A stretch of DNA of 64,000 nucleotides, taken from the human T2T-CHM13v2.0 reference genome, Homo sapiens. Below, one piece after another: positions 1 through 23,545 of the stretch. Where the stretch lies: assembly GCF_009914755.1 (NCBI RefSeq), contig NC_060931.1; one strand, given 5' to 3'. Each line of letters begins with the position of its first letter. The first letter of the stretch is position 1. A program made the translations under genes and the position numbers. The notes under the pieces are model-generated. The model worked only from the letters and a program-made list of their open reading frames with translations. It did not search any database and had not been told where the DNA came from.

Positions 1-299
<299 letters not shown>

Positions 300-912
300 T
301 AAGTATTTTTTTAAAATATTTTTTGTATTTTCAAAGAGAATGGTTCAAAGAAATGATCCAACTTTATTTCATCAGTGTTGATATCCAGTTCTCAACATTA
401 TTTTTTGAAAAGATTATCTTTTCCCTCTTTTGTACTCGTGGCAACTTTGTAGAAGATCATTTGATTATATACAGATGGGTTCATTTCTGGTCTCTTCTGT
501 TCTTTCATCTGTTTATCTGTCTGTGTCAGTACCACATTGTTTTTGTTATTATAGCTTTTAATTGTTTTGAAATCAGGAAGTATAATGCCTCTTTGTTTTT
601 TTCCATGGGTGTTATAGTTTATAATAAAAATTTAAAATTTTAAATAATATTTCTGTAAAAAATTGTGCTATTAAGATTTTTATAAAAATTATATTGAATT
701 TGTTCACCACTGTATGTTATATTGACATCTTTTAAAAATTAAATTTTTTTACCCTTGAGCAAGAATATGTTGAACAGTGTGTTTTATTTTAATATATTTT
801 TGAGTTTTCCAGCTTTACTTTTGCTTTTAATTAGTAGGTTTATTCAGTTTTGTCAGAAAACATGGAATGTATGATTTTGGTCTTCTTAAATTTATTTGTT
901 GTTGTCATTGTT

Positions 913-1165
913 TTGAGACAGGATCTTACTCTCACCCAGGCTAAAGTGCAGTGGTATGATGGCATGACTGGCCCACTGCAGCCTCAGCTTGCTGGGCTCA
1001 AGTGATTCTTCCACCTCAGTTTCCTGAGTAGCTAGGACTACAGACATACTATGGGACCACCATGTCTGGATAATATTTTTATTATTTGTAGGAACAGGGC
1101 CTCACTAAGTTGTCCATGCTGGTCTCAAACTTCTGGCCCCAGTAATCTTCCCACGTTGGTCTCAT
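913..1165 (-). mobile_element. Old Alu (AluJ-like)
   Basis: Diverged antisense Alu with gggctcaag motif. Confidence 0.75.
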
Positions 1166-1262
1166 GAGCTCCTGCAGTTCACTGGTATTTTTAAATTTCA
1201 TAAGACTTGGTTTGATTCCTAACAGAATACGCCAGGTGCAAATAAGAATATTGTACATTCTC

Positions 1263-1557
1263 GGCCGGGCGTGGTGGCTCACGCCTGTAATCCCAGCACT
1301 TTGGGAGGCCGAGGCGGGCGGACCACTAGGTCAGGAGATCGAGATCATCCTGGCTAACATGGTGAAATCCCGTCTCTACTAAAAATACAAAAATTAGCCG
1401 GGCTTGGTAGTGGGCGCCTGTAGTCCCAGCTACTCGGGAGGCTGAGGCAAGAGAATGGTGTGAACTCAGGAGGCGGAGCTTGCAGTGAGCCGAGATCATG
1501 CCACCGCGGCTGGGCGACAGAGTGAGACTCCATCTCAAAAAAAAAAAAAAAAAAAAA
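1263..1557 (+). mobile_element. AluY-like element with long perfect TSD
   Basis: CpG-rich full-length Alu, A tail, TSD aagaatattgtacattctc on both sides. Confidence 0.92.
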
Positions 1558-1649
1558 GAATATTGTACATTCTCTTGCTTTTGACTGAAAAGTTTTATAC
1601 ATGTCTGTTAAGCTTAGTTGGTCTGTAATATGGTTTGCATGTCCATGTT

Positions 1650-2375
<726 letters not shown>

Positions 2376-2763
2376 ACAGTCTATAATGTTTTCTAAGTTT
2401 GCTGTTATTGATCTTTTATCTGAACTGTTATTGAAAATAGGGTCTTGATGTCTACAATTATGTTGCTATGTATTTCTTGCTTCATTTTTGTCAGTATTTT
2501 CTTTATATATTTTGAAGCCCTATTGTTATATATACATGTACATATAGATAAATATAATAGTTACATGTTCCTGGTGAATTAACCCATTTTACTATTATAT
2601 AATATCAATCTTTGTCTCATGCTAATACTTCACTTAAAGCATATTATGTCTAATATAATTATGACTACCTCACCCAATTGTGGTTACTATTTGCATAGAA
2701 TAAAGATATTTTCCCCATTCTGATATTTTCAACCTATTTGACTCAATGCTAATATGAGTTTCG

Positions 2764-3015
2764 TTTTTTTTTCTTTTTGAGATGCAGTCTTGCTCTGTCA
2801 CCCAGGCTGGCTCACTGCAACCCCTGCCTCCCAGGTTCACGTGATCTCCTGCCTTAGCCTCCTGAGTAGCTGGGATTACAAGGGTGTGCCACCATGCCTG
2901 GCTAATTTTTGTATTTTTTTTTTTTTCTAGTAGAGACAGGGTTTACCATGTTGGCCAGGCTGGTCTTAGCCTCCCAAAGTACTGGGATTACAAGTGTTAG
3001 CCACTGTGCCAGGCC
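2764..3015 (-). mobile_element. Alu (internally deleted)
   Basis: Antisense Alu consensus. Confidence 0.85.
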
Positions 3016-3109
3016 TAAAATTAGTCTCTTATAGGCAGCATATTGTATGCTTTTTTCTTAAGTCATTCAGGTATTTTCTTTTTTTTTTAATATATTTACT
3101 TACTCATTC

Positions 3110-3375
3110 ATATTTAAGATAGGGTTTCACTCTGTCAATCAGGCTGGCTTGTAGTGGTGTAATCACAACTCGCTGCAGCCTTAACCTCCCAAACTCAGAT
3201 AATCTTCTTATTTCAGCCTCTCAAGTATCTCTACTACAAGTAAGTGCCATCACACCCAGCTAGATTTTTTGTATTTTTTGTAGAGACAGGGTTTTGTTAT
3301 GTTGCCTAGGCTGGTCTTGTAATCCTAGGATCAAGTGTTCAGCCCACCTTGGCCTCCCAAAATATTGGGATTACA
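3110..3375 (-). mobile_element. Old Alu (AluJ-like)
   Basis: Diverged antisense Alu. Confidence 0.7.
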
Positions 3376-3632
3376 TTTCTTCTTATTAAGTAGTTTAGTT
3401 AATTTATATTTAAAATGATTGTTTAAATAAATGAAGCTACTATTATCATTTTATTATTATTGTTTTATGTGTTTCCTGTAGATGTTTTTTCTTCTGTTTT
3501 CTTCAATTTAAATTTTAATTGTGTAGTGACATACTTTATTTTTAAAATGTTTTTCATACATTCTATAAATATTTTCATAATGGTCATGAAAAATGGAGAT
3601 TACATAAAACATCTTAAAGTTAAAACAGTTTT

Positions 3633-3913
3633 ATTTTTTTTTTTTGAGACGGAGTCTTGCTCTGTCGCCCAGGCTGGAGTGCAGTGGCATGATCTCGGCT
3701 CACTGCAACCTCCGCCCCACTAGGTTCAAGTGATTCTCCTGCCTCAGCCTCCCAAGTAGCTGGGATTACAGGCACACTGTAATTTTTGTACTTTTAGTAG
3801 AGACAGGGTTTCACCATCTTGGCCAGGCTGGTCTTGAACTCCTGACCTTATGATCCACCCGCCTCAACCTCCCAAAGTGCTGGGATTACAGGCATGAGCC
3901 ACCGCGCCCGGCC
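3633..3913 (-). mobile_element. AluS-like
   Basis: Antisense Alu consensus. Confidence 0.9.
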
Positions 3914-4043
3914 AATATTTTTAAACTCTTAACAACTTCAATTAAATACAAAAACTAAACCTCTATATTTTTCAGTTGTTGATATTACAAATTATTTTAT
4001 ATTGTGTATTTGTTAACAGATTAATATTTCATTTTTCATGTAC

Positions 4044-4337
<294 letters not shown>

Positions 4338-4949
4338 TACCTCTTTTTTTGGGAAGTCTTTATTTATATTTTGTGTTTGAAGTAAAATAATTTTGAATTA
4401 AGTCTTACTGGTTAAAATTTTTTTATTACATCAAAATTTGGGAAGTTATCCGCCTTTTATGTCTTCAAGTAACCTTTCTATTACTTTTTTTCTATATTCT
4501 TCTTCTAATATTTCTTTCTTGAATATATTGACATACTTGATGGCATTCGATAAGTTTTGCATTCCATGCTTTAATTTTGTTTTGCAATTTAATATTTTTA
4601 TATTATATATTTTAGGATGTGCCACCTCACACCAGTTAATTGTATTTTGATAGTTTATATTTTAATTGTGTATGACAATATTTAACTCTGCAATTTAAGA
4701 CAGTGTGGAGCAAAATCAACTATGAATTAACCATATTCATTGTCTACTGCCAATGTAATTATCTGTTTGTATAAATATTATCCCTGTATTTTTTTATGAT
4801 TTGTATTTTTCTGGCACAGGTTTGTTGTGAATGGTTGTTCAATTTTGTCTAGGTGAGCAGTCATAAAAATTCTCCTAATTTCAACATTTAGTTATATTTG
4901 AATCCATATTTTTGTGTGGGAGCAAAACGTTTAGATTGAAAGATAATTT

Positions 4950-5229
<280 letters not shown>

Positions 5230-5739
5230 TAGATATTTAAATAAAGTGAATTATATATATATTTAAATAATCTTCTGAAACAGAAAGACTTGCTAACGTT
5301 ATTGTTTAATTTGATTCTTGTATCTTTGTCCCTTATTTTCTGTCTTTCTTTCTTCCTTTGTGTCTTTTGATTTTTGTATTTATATGCTTTTCTTTCTTAT
5401 TTGGTTTTGTATATCTACACAGATATATTCTTTGTGGTTCCTTGGGGATTACATAAAACCTCTACAAGATAAAACAGTATATTATAATCTAGTAAAAAAA
5501 AAATCAACTTTATTTGCATACAAAAATTCTTATTCATTACGTCTGCCCTCAACTTTGTCATTGATGTTAATTATATATTTATATGTTGTATATTCATTAG
5601 CAGGTGTTTATAATAATTCCTGTGCTTTTATTTTTTACATTTTAGATAATAATTAAAAATGCTTTATGCGCCATTATGATAATGCTGTGAAATTCTGTTT
5701 TTGTATATGTGCATATCTTTCCCAGAAAGTTATTTATTT

Positions 5740-6025
<286 letters not shown>

Positions 6026-6126
6026 TGAAAGTCATATATTTTCATATGATTATGTGCTGTTTTCTTGCATCATGTTATTTTCAGTGGAAGGAACTCCTTT
6101 CAGTATCTTTGATATGTAGGGCATAG

Positions 6127-6461
<335 letters not shown>

Positions 6462-7741
6462 AAATTTTGTTATTTTGGAAGGTGTTTTTCTTTTATTTGG
6501 CAGGACAGTTGTTGGTATTATTCTCACTTGACAGCTATTGTTTTCAGCACTTAGACTATATCATACTTCCCTTCTGACCTGCAAAATTTTCTTGACGTAT
6601 TCACTGGCTATCTTATAAGCCTATTATTATAAATGACATATCACTTTCATCTTGCAGTTCGCAAGATTCTGTTGTCTGTGACTTTTGAAATTTTGCTTAT
6701 ATATGTTTTATAAATATCTTCGTGTGTATTCTAGTTTGTTGTCTTTATTTTTACATTAATTTTTCTTTTATATTTTTAAGTTTTTTTTGCATTTTTACCT
6801 CCACAATTTCTGTTTTTTGCTATTTTTAATATTTTTGTTGGTATTCTCATTTTTCTGATTTTCAATAGTTGTTTGTGTTCCTATTCACTCATGGAGTGTT
6901 ATTCAATTTACTTTAAAATTTTAAAATTAATTTGTACATTTTTATTTTTTAATGGTTGCTTTCTGAAAATTTTATAATTTTTGTGGGGCTGTATTGCCCT
7001 AATATTTTTTATACGTTGTAATCTTTAATTGAAATTTGGAAATTAAAAACAAGTTGTCCATCACAATCTTTATAATGTAGCTTTGTCCTGGCATAGTTGG
7101 AAACCATTTGTCTTGAGTAGTGATTCTGAGAGTCTTTCAGACATGTTCTTAAGATGTGTCTTGTCTGAAATTTTCTAGCTTTTTTTTTTTTTTCAGTTAA
7201 AAGAGTTTGTTCATGTTTCTTCTTGATAGTCGGTAATCACTTGCTACAACTGTTACCTGTCTGTAGTACTGCAGTCTCTTCACTGCTGTAACATTTACCT
7301 TTGATCTCAGCAACTCAAAATGTCATTCCAAAGTATACCACCATTTCTTTCAGCCCTCTATGTCATGGGAGACCGAAACCAATATCTGCAAAGGCACATA
7401 GAAGCCAGAAATAAAGATGTATATGTTTGTTATTATTTTTCTTGTCTTTAAAAAAAAAAACACTAAGAGTTGGCAATTTACTTCTAAAGGCACTATGTTA
7501 TATTGGGGAACAGAAAGAGCTTTGTTGGGTAAATAAAACAGACTTGTCTCTTTCTTCTATGTGGCTCTTTGCATTGTGCTCACCTAGGGCACTGCACACA
7601 CTGAACTCATTTATAAATTTTCCACAAATGTATTTTGGTCATTATGTTTTTGTTACATTTATATGTCTATGAAGAAATTAGAGCCTGTGGTATTTTGCTA
7701 TGCAATCTGGCTTATGTAGTTTGTATAATTTTATAGATTAG

Positions 7742-11290
<3,549 letters not shown>

Positions 11291-11293
11291 TCA

Positions 11294-11635
<342 letters not shown>

Positions 11636-13016
11636 TCATTGTGAGGACAAACAATACAAATACGAAGAGGGTTGTAGTACCTTTACTTGTATCACAGATA
11701 CTTTTGTACCCATTTTGCACTAGAGGAAAACCATGAAGCAGTTGCTCAAATGTTGTTCAACACCAGAAAATTTATATTGGAGAAAAGCACTGTAAATGTA
11801 ATGCATTTGTGAAAACATTTTTTAAAAAACTACAGCTTAGAAAATACCAGAGGCCTCATACTAAAATATATTTTTGCAAGTGAAGTAAATATAAAAATAA
11901 TTTAATCCAAAATTAAGTCTATATAAATATCAGAGAATTCACAGTAGAAATATCTAAGGTACTGACACTTCAGACATTGCTGAGTATAGAATCAGAATGC
12001 TGAGTATAGAAAATAATTTAAAACTAAAGTTGGTAGGTAAATAATGTGTATATAACTTTAAAAGAAGTAGAATTTTTTTGTAGATGTATAATTACATTCA
12101 AATTATATTTTTTCTTGAAAAATTAGTTTTTGAAAAGCAAATAATGATGTAATTCAACTCAAATTCATGCTCTTCATTCCTATTGTATTCACATGTGAAA
12201 GCATGTGATTAATTTTTCATGCATCAAAGATATGAGAAATCATTTCTGTTAGGTCGGTATTATTTATGACACTTTCTATGAAAGAATAAGGACATTAAAA
12301 TGTAAGATGCATGATGAAAACCTGAGTGAAGAGGCTGTTTGTGTTTAACTTATAATATTGAGTGATCCATGAAGTAGGTTTTCAGAGCAATATTCTTCTG
12401 CATTATAGTAAGAGAAAACCATTTTTAATCTTAGTTAAAATTAAAGTGAATTAGTAGTATATCATTTTACTATTTGTACTTTTATGTAATAAAATGCAAT
12501 GTGTTTAAAAATTTTTGGATTATGCGTGAACTTAGTTTTTTAATTAAACTTTTTTTAACATGTTAAAACTATTGTGCATTCAATGAAGTGTTTTCATGCC
12601 ACTGACTTTACCTATCCCACATTACTCAAGGGTTTAGGTAAAAGAGGGTAACAGTATACTACTTGATAACATAATGGGCTAACATCTCTAATAATTATTT
12701 TTGCTAGTGACTTTAAACTGCTAATAAAGAATATTGTTCCCATAGGTTAGATTTTTATTCTTTTTAAAATTTAAACTTATTTCTCTTAATTTTTGTGGAT
12801 ACATAGTATGTGTATATCTTTATGCCATGTATGGCATATTTTGATACAGGCATATAATTTTATGTATTAATCACATCAGGGCAAAAGATGTATCCATCAA
12901 CTCCAGCATTTCTCCTTTGTATTACAAACCAATTCTGCACTTTTAGATACTTTAGAATGTACAGTCGTTACTACAGGGTCATTTTATGGTTATAATAAAA
13001 ATTATATACAAGTATA

Positions 13017-13051
13017 AATAAACCATGAGAAAATTCTGAGTTCTGAATAAA
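13017..13051 (+). terminator. Candidate polyadenylation signals of the ZNF mRNA
   Basis: AATAAA at about 13017 and 13046 followed by T-rich sequence; use is inferred, not shown. Confidence 0.45.
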
Positions 13052-13221
13052 CATTTAAAAAAATGTTATATATTTTTCTTTGAACATGTGACCTCTCTGC
13101 CTGCAAACATACAGCATTTTAGTTTTGATTTACATACACTTAACTATACACATATATTACTCTAAAAATGAACCTTAGGTATGAGAAAATTATGGAGCAA
13201 GTAAGTGTGTTTGTGTATTAG

Positions 13222-13566
<345 letters not shown>

Positions 13567-15399
13567 AAAACTAATAATTTTTAAAAGGTGACTAATTTAC
13601 TAGACAACTGAAAACCTCAAAAATGCTGAAAGCAAATCTATACCCTCTGCTTTGCATTGAATTCATTTCTGTAAAATCTGGCTTACGATTTAGAATCTCC
13701 CCATGCAAAGTTTTTGTTTATACTTGCGTGATACTCATGCTACACCTTTAATTTTCTTGTTACTTATGCGTTTTTCTTTTATAATTTATCAGGTATTCAT
13801 CATGTGAGCTGGTCATGGATTATAAGAATGATTTTTATAAAGTTTAGGAGTACACACAAAATAACTTCTAGATGTGTTTCCAAAATTTGTGTATTATATT
13901 TTATTTAGAACATTCTATTTCTTCTTTCCATTGTAGAATCCTATATAAGCCTACTTTTCTTTAGTTAGTATTCTTTTGTCTTGTTATAGGTGACATAAGT
14001 AAATTTATTTATTGAGCTAGTTCAGGTAAGAACTAGAAAGACTTCATAAGTCATGAAAATGTTTTTATATATAGATGTAGCAAACAAACATGACATTGCT
14101 TATGGTGTAACAGATGCTCCATAATGAGCCATATGTATTTCTGCTGGTGTTAGTTTGTAACTAACTTCAAGTCAGAGATGGAAAATATTAATAGTGAAGA
14201 ACTAACATTGATTTTTTATGTGGAGAGAACATTTTTTTTCAGGCTGCAAAGCTGAATCTTGCTGTTTTTTTTTTAATTTCCTAATTATCTTCAGTTTTGT
14301 TTATCTTATGTGTCTTCAGTGTATTCAACACAGTCCTTCTTTTTCTGTGTTATTGCCACAGTTTTCTCACTGTTGTCTTCATGCCATGTCAATTCACATG
14401 GTACTTTGTAGGCTTTGATGAGAAAGTTGGTATTTTTTAATGCACTGAAAAATTGGTTATAACTAGAGAGTTTGCTTATCAATATAACTTTCAGATTAGT
14501 TAAGAAAAAAGGCATTTAATGTCCACAGGTGAGAGGATTAAATCAGCATTGTTTTCCCCTGTTTTTAAAAGGAGCATCTTATTAAATTCTTACATAAAGT
14601 GTGGCAAATATTAAATTTACTAGAAAATAGATCTTAGAAATTAAATTTTTAAGAGAGCTAATGGTAAGTGAAGAATTTTAAATTTAATTTTCCATGATAT
14701 AGCACAGCATACTTTTTTTTTGCAGAATCTTCTATTTTAAAGGGTGAATATTCAAGGTTGCAAAGTAATATGACCTCTATTGATTCAATATTTGGAATAC
14801 TATGTCTTTTCTATATTGATAGGTACAATTCAGAAAAATTTCTCACTCTTTATATAATTATTTTAATAACTGAAGTTTAGTCTACAGTTTTTATTCTTAG
14901 TCACCTAACTAGCCAACTTCTTATTTTCTATGGAAAACTTTTGGAGATAATGGCAGCTTTTGGATTAAAACGTTTTCTGTTATTTTGCATGCAAACTTAT
15001 TTACTGTGTTAACAGAGTAGTTAGTCATGAGACCATAAGAAACACCTCTTTTTCAGTGTCTTTCATTCCATTACTGTCTGCAATAAATAAATGTGTATTT
15101 GCTCTGTAAAACATTATGTTTGGAAGTATATATACATTGTCAAATGCTTAATTTTAGGTCATTAAAGTTTTACCTCACAGAGTTAACATTTTTGTGGTGA
15201 GAGCAGATGACATTGTCAGCATTTTCCAAAAATACTAATATATTATTATAATCTATAGTCACCATGCTTTAAAAAAAAAAACCTCCTGAACTTCTTTCTA
15301 TCCAACTATAGTTATGTATTCTTTGACATCTTTCCACCCTCCCTTTTTTCTAAATACGCTGGATTCTGGTGGTCACCAGTTTACTCTCTACTTCAATGA

Positions 15400-15723
<324 letters not shown>

Positions 15724-16013
15724 GAGATTATGTTTTTTGGAATCCATGTGTACGTGAAATCATGAAATGGTCATCTTTCTGTACCTGGCTCATTTCAACA
15801 AATATAATGTCCTCCAGTTTAATTTATGTGATGGAAAATAATAGAATTTTCTTTTTTGAAGATGAATAGTATTCCATAGTATGTACCACATTGTCTTTAT
15901 TCGTTAAATGTTGAACTATTGATTCCATATTTTGAGAATTGTGAAGAGTGTTGCAAGCAGTGTAGAAGTGCAATTATTTCTTCATTCTGATTTCATTTGT
16001 TTGGGATATATAA

Positions 16014-16328
<315 letters not shown>

Positions 16329-18189
16329 GAAATTGCTGTATTATATGGTAGTTTAATTTTATTTTTTGAGAAATATTTAGTTTTTTATAATGACTGTCCT
16401 CATTCACATTCAAACCAGTGTGCAAGCATTCCCTTTTCTTCACAACCTATTTTCTTTGTAATAAGAGTAATTCTCACAGGAGTGAATGGATACCTCAAAG
16501 AGTTTTGGTTTATTTTCTCTGATAATTGATGTTGAGCATTTTTTATATATCTCTTAGCCATATGTATGTCTTTCCTTGAAAAATATTTAAGCCTCTTGCT
16601 CATTTTTAATGGTTATTTGTCTTTTGTTGTACAGTCATTTAAGCTTTTTTTAAAATATTAACCCCTTGTCACATGTGATTTGCAAGCATTTTCTCTCATT
16701 TTTTAGTTGTCTTATCCTGTTGGTCGTATCAGATTCTGTGCAGCAGCTTTTTAATTTGAAATAGTCTGACTCATCTATTTTTTCTTTGATTCCCTGAGAG
16801 TTTGAGGTTAAGTTAAAAAAGTCACTGCCTAGACCAATGTTATGGGGATTTCACTCTATATTTTTCATAGTAGTTTCAGAGTTTCAGGCCTTACATTTAA
16901 GTATTTAATTTATTTTGAGTTGATTTTTATATATAGTGTAATATGGTCTCATTTTATTTCTCTGCATGTGGATATAAAGTTTTCTTGACACCATTTGTTG
17001 AAGATACTATTTTTTCCCTAGAAAATGTTCACCTACGTCTAAAATTAGTTAACTGTAAATACATGAATATACTTCTGGTCTCTCTTTTCTGTTCCATTGG
17101 CCTATGTGTCAATATACACAACTTCCCATGATTTAATCAGGAAAAAAGAGAAGTCTTAAACAGAGCAAAAATGTATTAAATGTATAATAAAATTGAATTT
17201 GTAATAAAACAAAAACCCTACAAAATAAAACAAGCCCTGGATCAGATGTATTTGCAGCCTAATTTTACCACAAATACAAATATGATCTGGTACTAATTCT
17301 ACTGAATATATTCCAAAAATGAAAGTGGGTTTCCTTCCCAACTTGTTATATGAAATCAGTATCATCTTGATACCAAAATCTGCTTAAGACACAACAAAAA
17401 AAATCTACAGGCCAATATTCCTGGTGAACATTGAAACAGAAATCCTTCCTGAAATACTAGCAAGCTGAGTTCATAAGCAAATCAAAAAGTTATTTTGCCA
17501 CAATCATGTGAGTATTATTTTATGACTGCAAAGATATTTCATCATATGCAAGTCAATAAGTGTCATTCACCATGTGAAGATAATTAAACTCATAAGATCA
17601 GATGATTATAACAATAGATGCAGAAAAAGCACTCAAGAAAATCCAATATTCGTTCAAAAATCCTCAACAAACTGGGCATTGAAGAAACATATCTCACAAT
17701 AATAAGAGCCATCTATGACAAATTCTCAGCCAACATCATACTGAACAGGTGAAAGCTGGATGCATTCTTCATAAGAATAAAAATAAGAATATCCACTCTA
17801 AATACTCCTATTCAACATAGTTTTGGAAGTCCTAGCCAGAGCAATCCAACAAGATAAAGAAATAAAAGTCATCCAAATAGGAGAAAAGAAAGTCAATTTT
17901 CTACCAGGGAAACTTTAGAGATTTCACCAAAAGACTCCTAAGTCTAAAAAATGACTTCAGCAAAGTTTCAAGATACAAAATTAACATACACAAATGAGTA
18001 GCATTTCTGTACACCAATAACATTCAAGCTGACAATAAAATCAAGAGCACAGCTTTATTTAAAATAGCCACACCAAAAAATTAACATACCTAGGAATGCA
18101 TTAAGTCATGGAGGTAAAATATCTCCACAGGGAGAACTACAAAACACTACTGAAACAAATCAGAGACGACACATAGAAATGGAAAACAT

Positions 18190-18500
<311 letters not shown>

Positions 18501-18784
18501 AAAACATTCCATCCTCATGAATTTGAAGAATCAATATAATTAAAGTGTCCATGCTCCCTAAAGCAACCCACAGATTAAGTGTTATTTCTATCAAACTATC
18601 AATGCCATTTTTGGTGAACCTAGAAAAAAAAAACTTTGAAATTCATATTAAAGAATAAAAGAGCCCATATAGCCAAGGTATTCTTAAAAAGAATAAACCT
18701 GGAAGCCTAATATTACATGACTTCAAACTGTACTACATGCTACAGTAACCAATATAACATGGTTCTGATACAAAAAAAATACAT

Positions 18785-20395
18785 CCTCTCCCTCTCCCTC
18801 TCCCTCTCCCTCTCCCGTCTCCCCACAGTCTCCCTCTCCCTCTCTTTCCACGGTCTCCCTCTGATGCCGAGCTGAAGCTGGACTGTACTGCTGCCATCTC
18901 GGCTCACTGCAACCTCCCTGCCTGATTCTCCTGCCTCAGCCTGCCGAGTGCCTGCGATTGCAGGCGCATGCCGCCACGCCTGACTGGTTTTCGTATTTTT
19001 TTGGTGGAGACGGGGTTTTGCTGTGTTGGCCGGGCTGGTCTCCAGCTCCTAACCGCGAGTGATCCGCCAGCCTCGGCCCCCCGAGGTGCCGGGATTGGAG
19101 GCGGAGTCTCGTTCACTCAGTGCTCAATGGTGCCCAGGCTGGAGTGCAGTGGCGTGATCTTGGCTTGCTACAACCTCCACCTCCCAGCCGCCAGCCTTGG
19201 CCCCCCAAAGTGCCGAGATTGCAGCCTCTGCCCGGCTGCCACCCCGTCTGGGAAGTGAGGAGCGTCTCTGCCTGGCCGCCCATCATCTGGGATGTGAGGA
19301 GCCCCTCTGCCTGGCTGCCCAGTCTGGAAAGTGAGGAGCGTCTCTGCCCGGCTGCCATCCCATCTAGGAAGTGAGGAGCGTCTCTGCCCGGCCGCCCATC
19401 GTCTGAGATGTGGGGAGCGCCTCTGCCCTGCTGCCCCATCTGGGATGTGAGGAGCGCCTCTGCCTGGCCACGACCCCGTCTGGGAGGTGAGGAGCATCTC
19501 TGCCCGGCCACCCCGTCTGAGAAGTGAAGAGCCCGTCCGCCCAGCAGCCGCCCCGTCTGGGAAGTGAGGAGCGTCTCCGCCTGGCAGCCACCCCGTCCAG
19601 GAGGGAGGTGGGGGTCAGCCCCCGCCCGGCCAGCCGCCCCGTCCGGGAGGGAGGTGGGGGTCAGCCCCCCCCAGGGCAGCCGCTCCATCCGGGAGGGAGG
19701 TCGGGGGTCAGCCCCCACCCGGCCAGCCGCCCCGTCCGGGAGGGAGGTGGGTCAGCCCCCGCCCGGCAAGCCGCCCTGTCCGGGAGGTGAGGGGCGCCTC
19801 TGCCCGGCCGCCCCTACTGGGAAGTGAGGAGCCCCTCTGCCCGGCCACCACCCCGTCTGGGAGGTGTACCCAACAGCTCATTGAGAACGGGCCATGATGA
19901 CAATGGTGGTTTTGTGGAATAGAAAAGGGTGAAAAGTGGGGAAAAGATTGAGAAATCGGATGGTTGCTGTGTCTGTGTAGAAAGAAGTAGACTTGGGAGA
20001 CTTTTCATTTTGTTCTGTACTAAGAAAAATTCTTCTGCCTTGGGATCCTGTTGATGTATGACCTTACCCCCAACCCTGTGCTCTCTGAAACATGTGCTGT
20101 GTCCACTCAGGGTTAAATGGATTAAGGGCGGTGCAAGATGTGCTTTGTTAAACAGATGCTTGAAGGCAGCATGCTCGTTAAGAGTCATCACCACTCCCTA
20201 ATCTCAAGTACCCAGGGACACAAACACTGCGGAAGGCCACAGGGTCCTCTGCCTAGGAAAACCAGAGACCTTTGTTCACTTGTTTATCTGCTGACCTTCC
20301 CTCCACTATTGTCCTATGACCCTGCCAAATCCCCCTCTGCGAGAAACACCCAAGAATGATCAATAAAAAAATAAAATAAAATAAAAACAAAAAAA
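18785..20395 (+). mobile_element. Full-length SVA (C/D-like, short VNTR)
   Basis: (CCCTCT)n head, Alu-like domain, GC-rich VNTR, SINE-R, AATAAA and A tail; TSD aaaaaaatacat. Confidence 0.95.
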
Positions 20396-20724
20396 CAAAA
20401 AAATACATATAGACCAATGGAACAGAAGAGAGAGCCCTGAAATAAAGCTACACTTCTACAAACAACTTATTTTTGGCAAAGTCAATAGAAATAAACAAAG
20501 GGAAAGTAACTCCCTATCTAATAAATGGTACTCGGAAACCTGGTGAGTCATATGCAGAAGAAAAAAACTGAACCTGTACCTCTCACCATATAAAAAACAT
20601 AAGATAGTTTAAAGACTTAGTTGTGAAGCTTCAAGCTATAAAAATCCTAGATGAACACCTAGAAAGTACTCTTCTAGACACTGGCCTCTGGAAGGAATTT
20701 AACACCTTAAAAATAAATGCAACA

Positions 20725-21065
<341 letters not shown>

Positions 21066-22073
21066 CTATTGACAAAGTAAATGGACAACCTACAGTATGG
21101 AATAAAATATTTGCAAACTGTGTACAATAAAAATTAATATATAGAATCTATAAGAAATTTAATAGGAAAAAAGCAGACAAATGATATGAATAGATACTTC
21201 TCAAAGGAAGACATAAAAACTGGCAATAAACATGCAAGAAAATTGCTCAACATCTCAAATTATCAGAGAGATGTCAATCAAAATGACAATATGATACCAT
21301 CTCACAACAGTTAAAGTGGCTGTTATTAAAAAGTCAAAAAATAACACGTCGTAGTTGTGGAGAAAAGGGAATCTTTACACACTGTTGGTGGCAATGCAAA
21401 TTAATTCAGCCCCTGTGGAACACAGTTTGGAGATTTCTCAAAGAACTAAAGATACAATTGCCATTTGACCCATCAACCTTGTTACTGGGTATATGCTTAA
21501 AGAAAAATAAATTATTTTACCAAAAAGACACCTGCACTCAGATGTTTACTGCAGCAGTATTCGCAATAGCAAAGGCATGGATTTAAACCAGGTACATATG
21601 AATCTTAGATTGATGTTTCACGTTCATTTGCTTAGATTAAAGGCCTGCTGTAGCCACGTTGCTGCAAAGAACATTACTTTTTCTTTTCTATGGCTCCATA
21701 GTATTGCATGTGTATAAGTATCTCAAATACCACATGTTCTTATTTATAAGTGGGTGCTAAACCTTGGGTGAACCTGGAAACAAAAATAAAAACAATAAAC
21801 ACTGGGAATTCTAAAAAAGAAAAAAAAAGGAGATAAGCTTTGAAAAAACTACTTATCAGGTATGATGTACTCTACTTGGGCAACGAGATTATTAAATACC
21901 CAAACCTCAAAATCATGCAGTATACCTATGTTACAAATATGTATGTGTACCCCTTGAATCTAAAATAAAAGTAATAAAACACTTTGTGGAATAATGACAT
22001 ATTACATTTCTCCAGTTCTAAGTTAATAGTTGGAATTAGGAGTGAAAGAGAATTATGTTCACTTTGGGCATAG

Positions 22074-22478
<405 letters not shown>

Positions 22479-22521
22479 TAGCCCAAGAAGTGTTTTATTC
22501 CCAATTGTGCAGCTAAAATAA

Positions 22522-22866
<345 letters not shown>

Positions 22867-23250
22867 ACAATACTGTACTTCAACAAAAGTTGCCATAAAT
22901 TTCAAGTTAATATGCTCACACATATATTCTCCCTAGAAGGGCCTTGGTGTGTTTGGAATCAAGGTATAGCATTTCTGGCCTTTCTTGTGCTTCTTTGTTT
23001 ATGTAAAATAGGAAGACAAGAAGCAAAACAGTCAACCATGACATATCTAGTTTCTACAACCACAGCATCTGAATTCTCACGTTATGTCAACTAGAAATAT
23101 TGACAGTATTTCATAACTGAAAAAAATTGATACTTTATATTTTTACTTTTTTTAGTTTATAAAAATTTTTAGTTTCTGAATTGTATAAGTTAAACAACTT
23201 GAACATGCAGATACCTAAAATTTTTACCTAGATAATAGTATTAATATTTT

Positions 23251-23545
<295 letters not shown>

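Noticed and set aside
19113-19827. 201-aa and other ORFs
   Set aside because: Inside the SVA Alu-like and VNTR domains.
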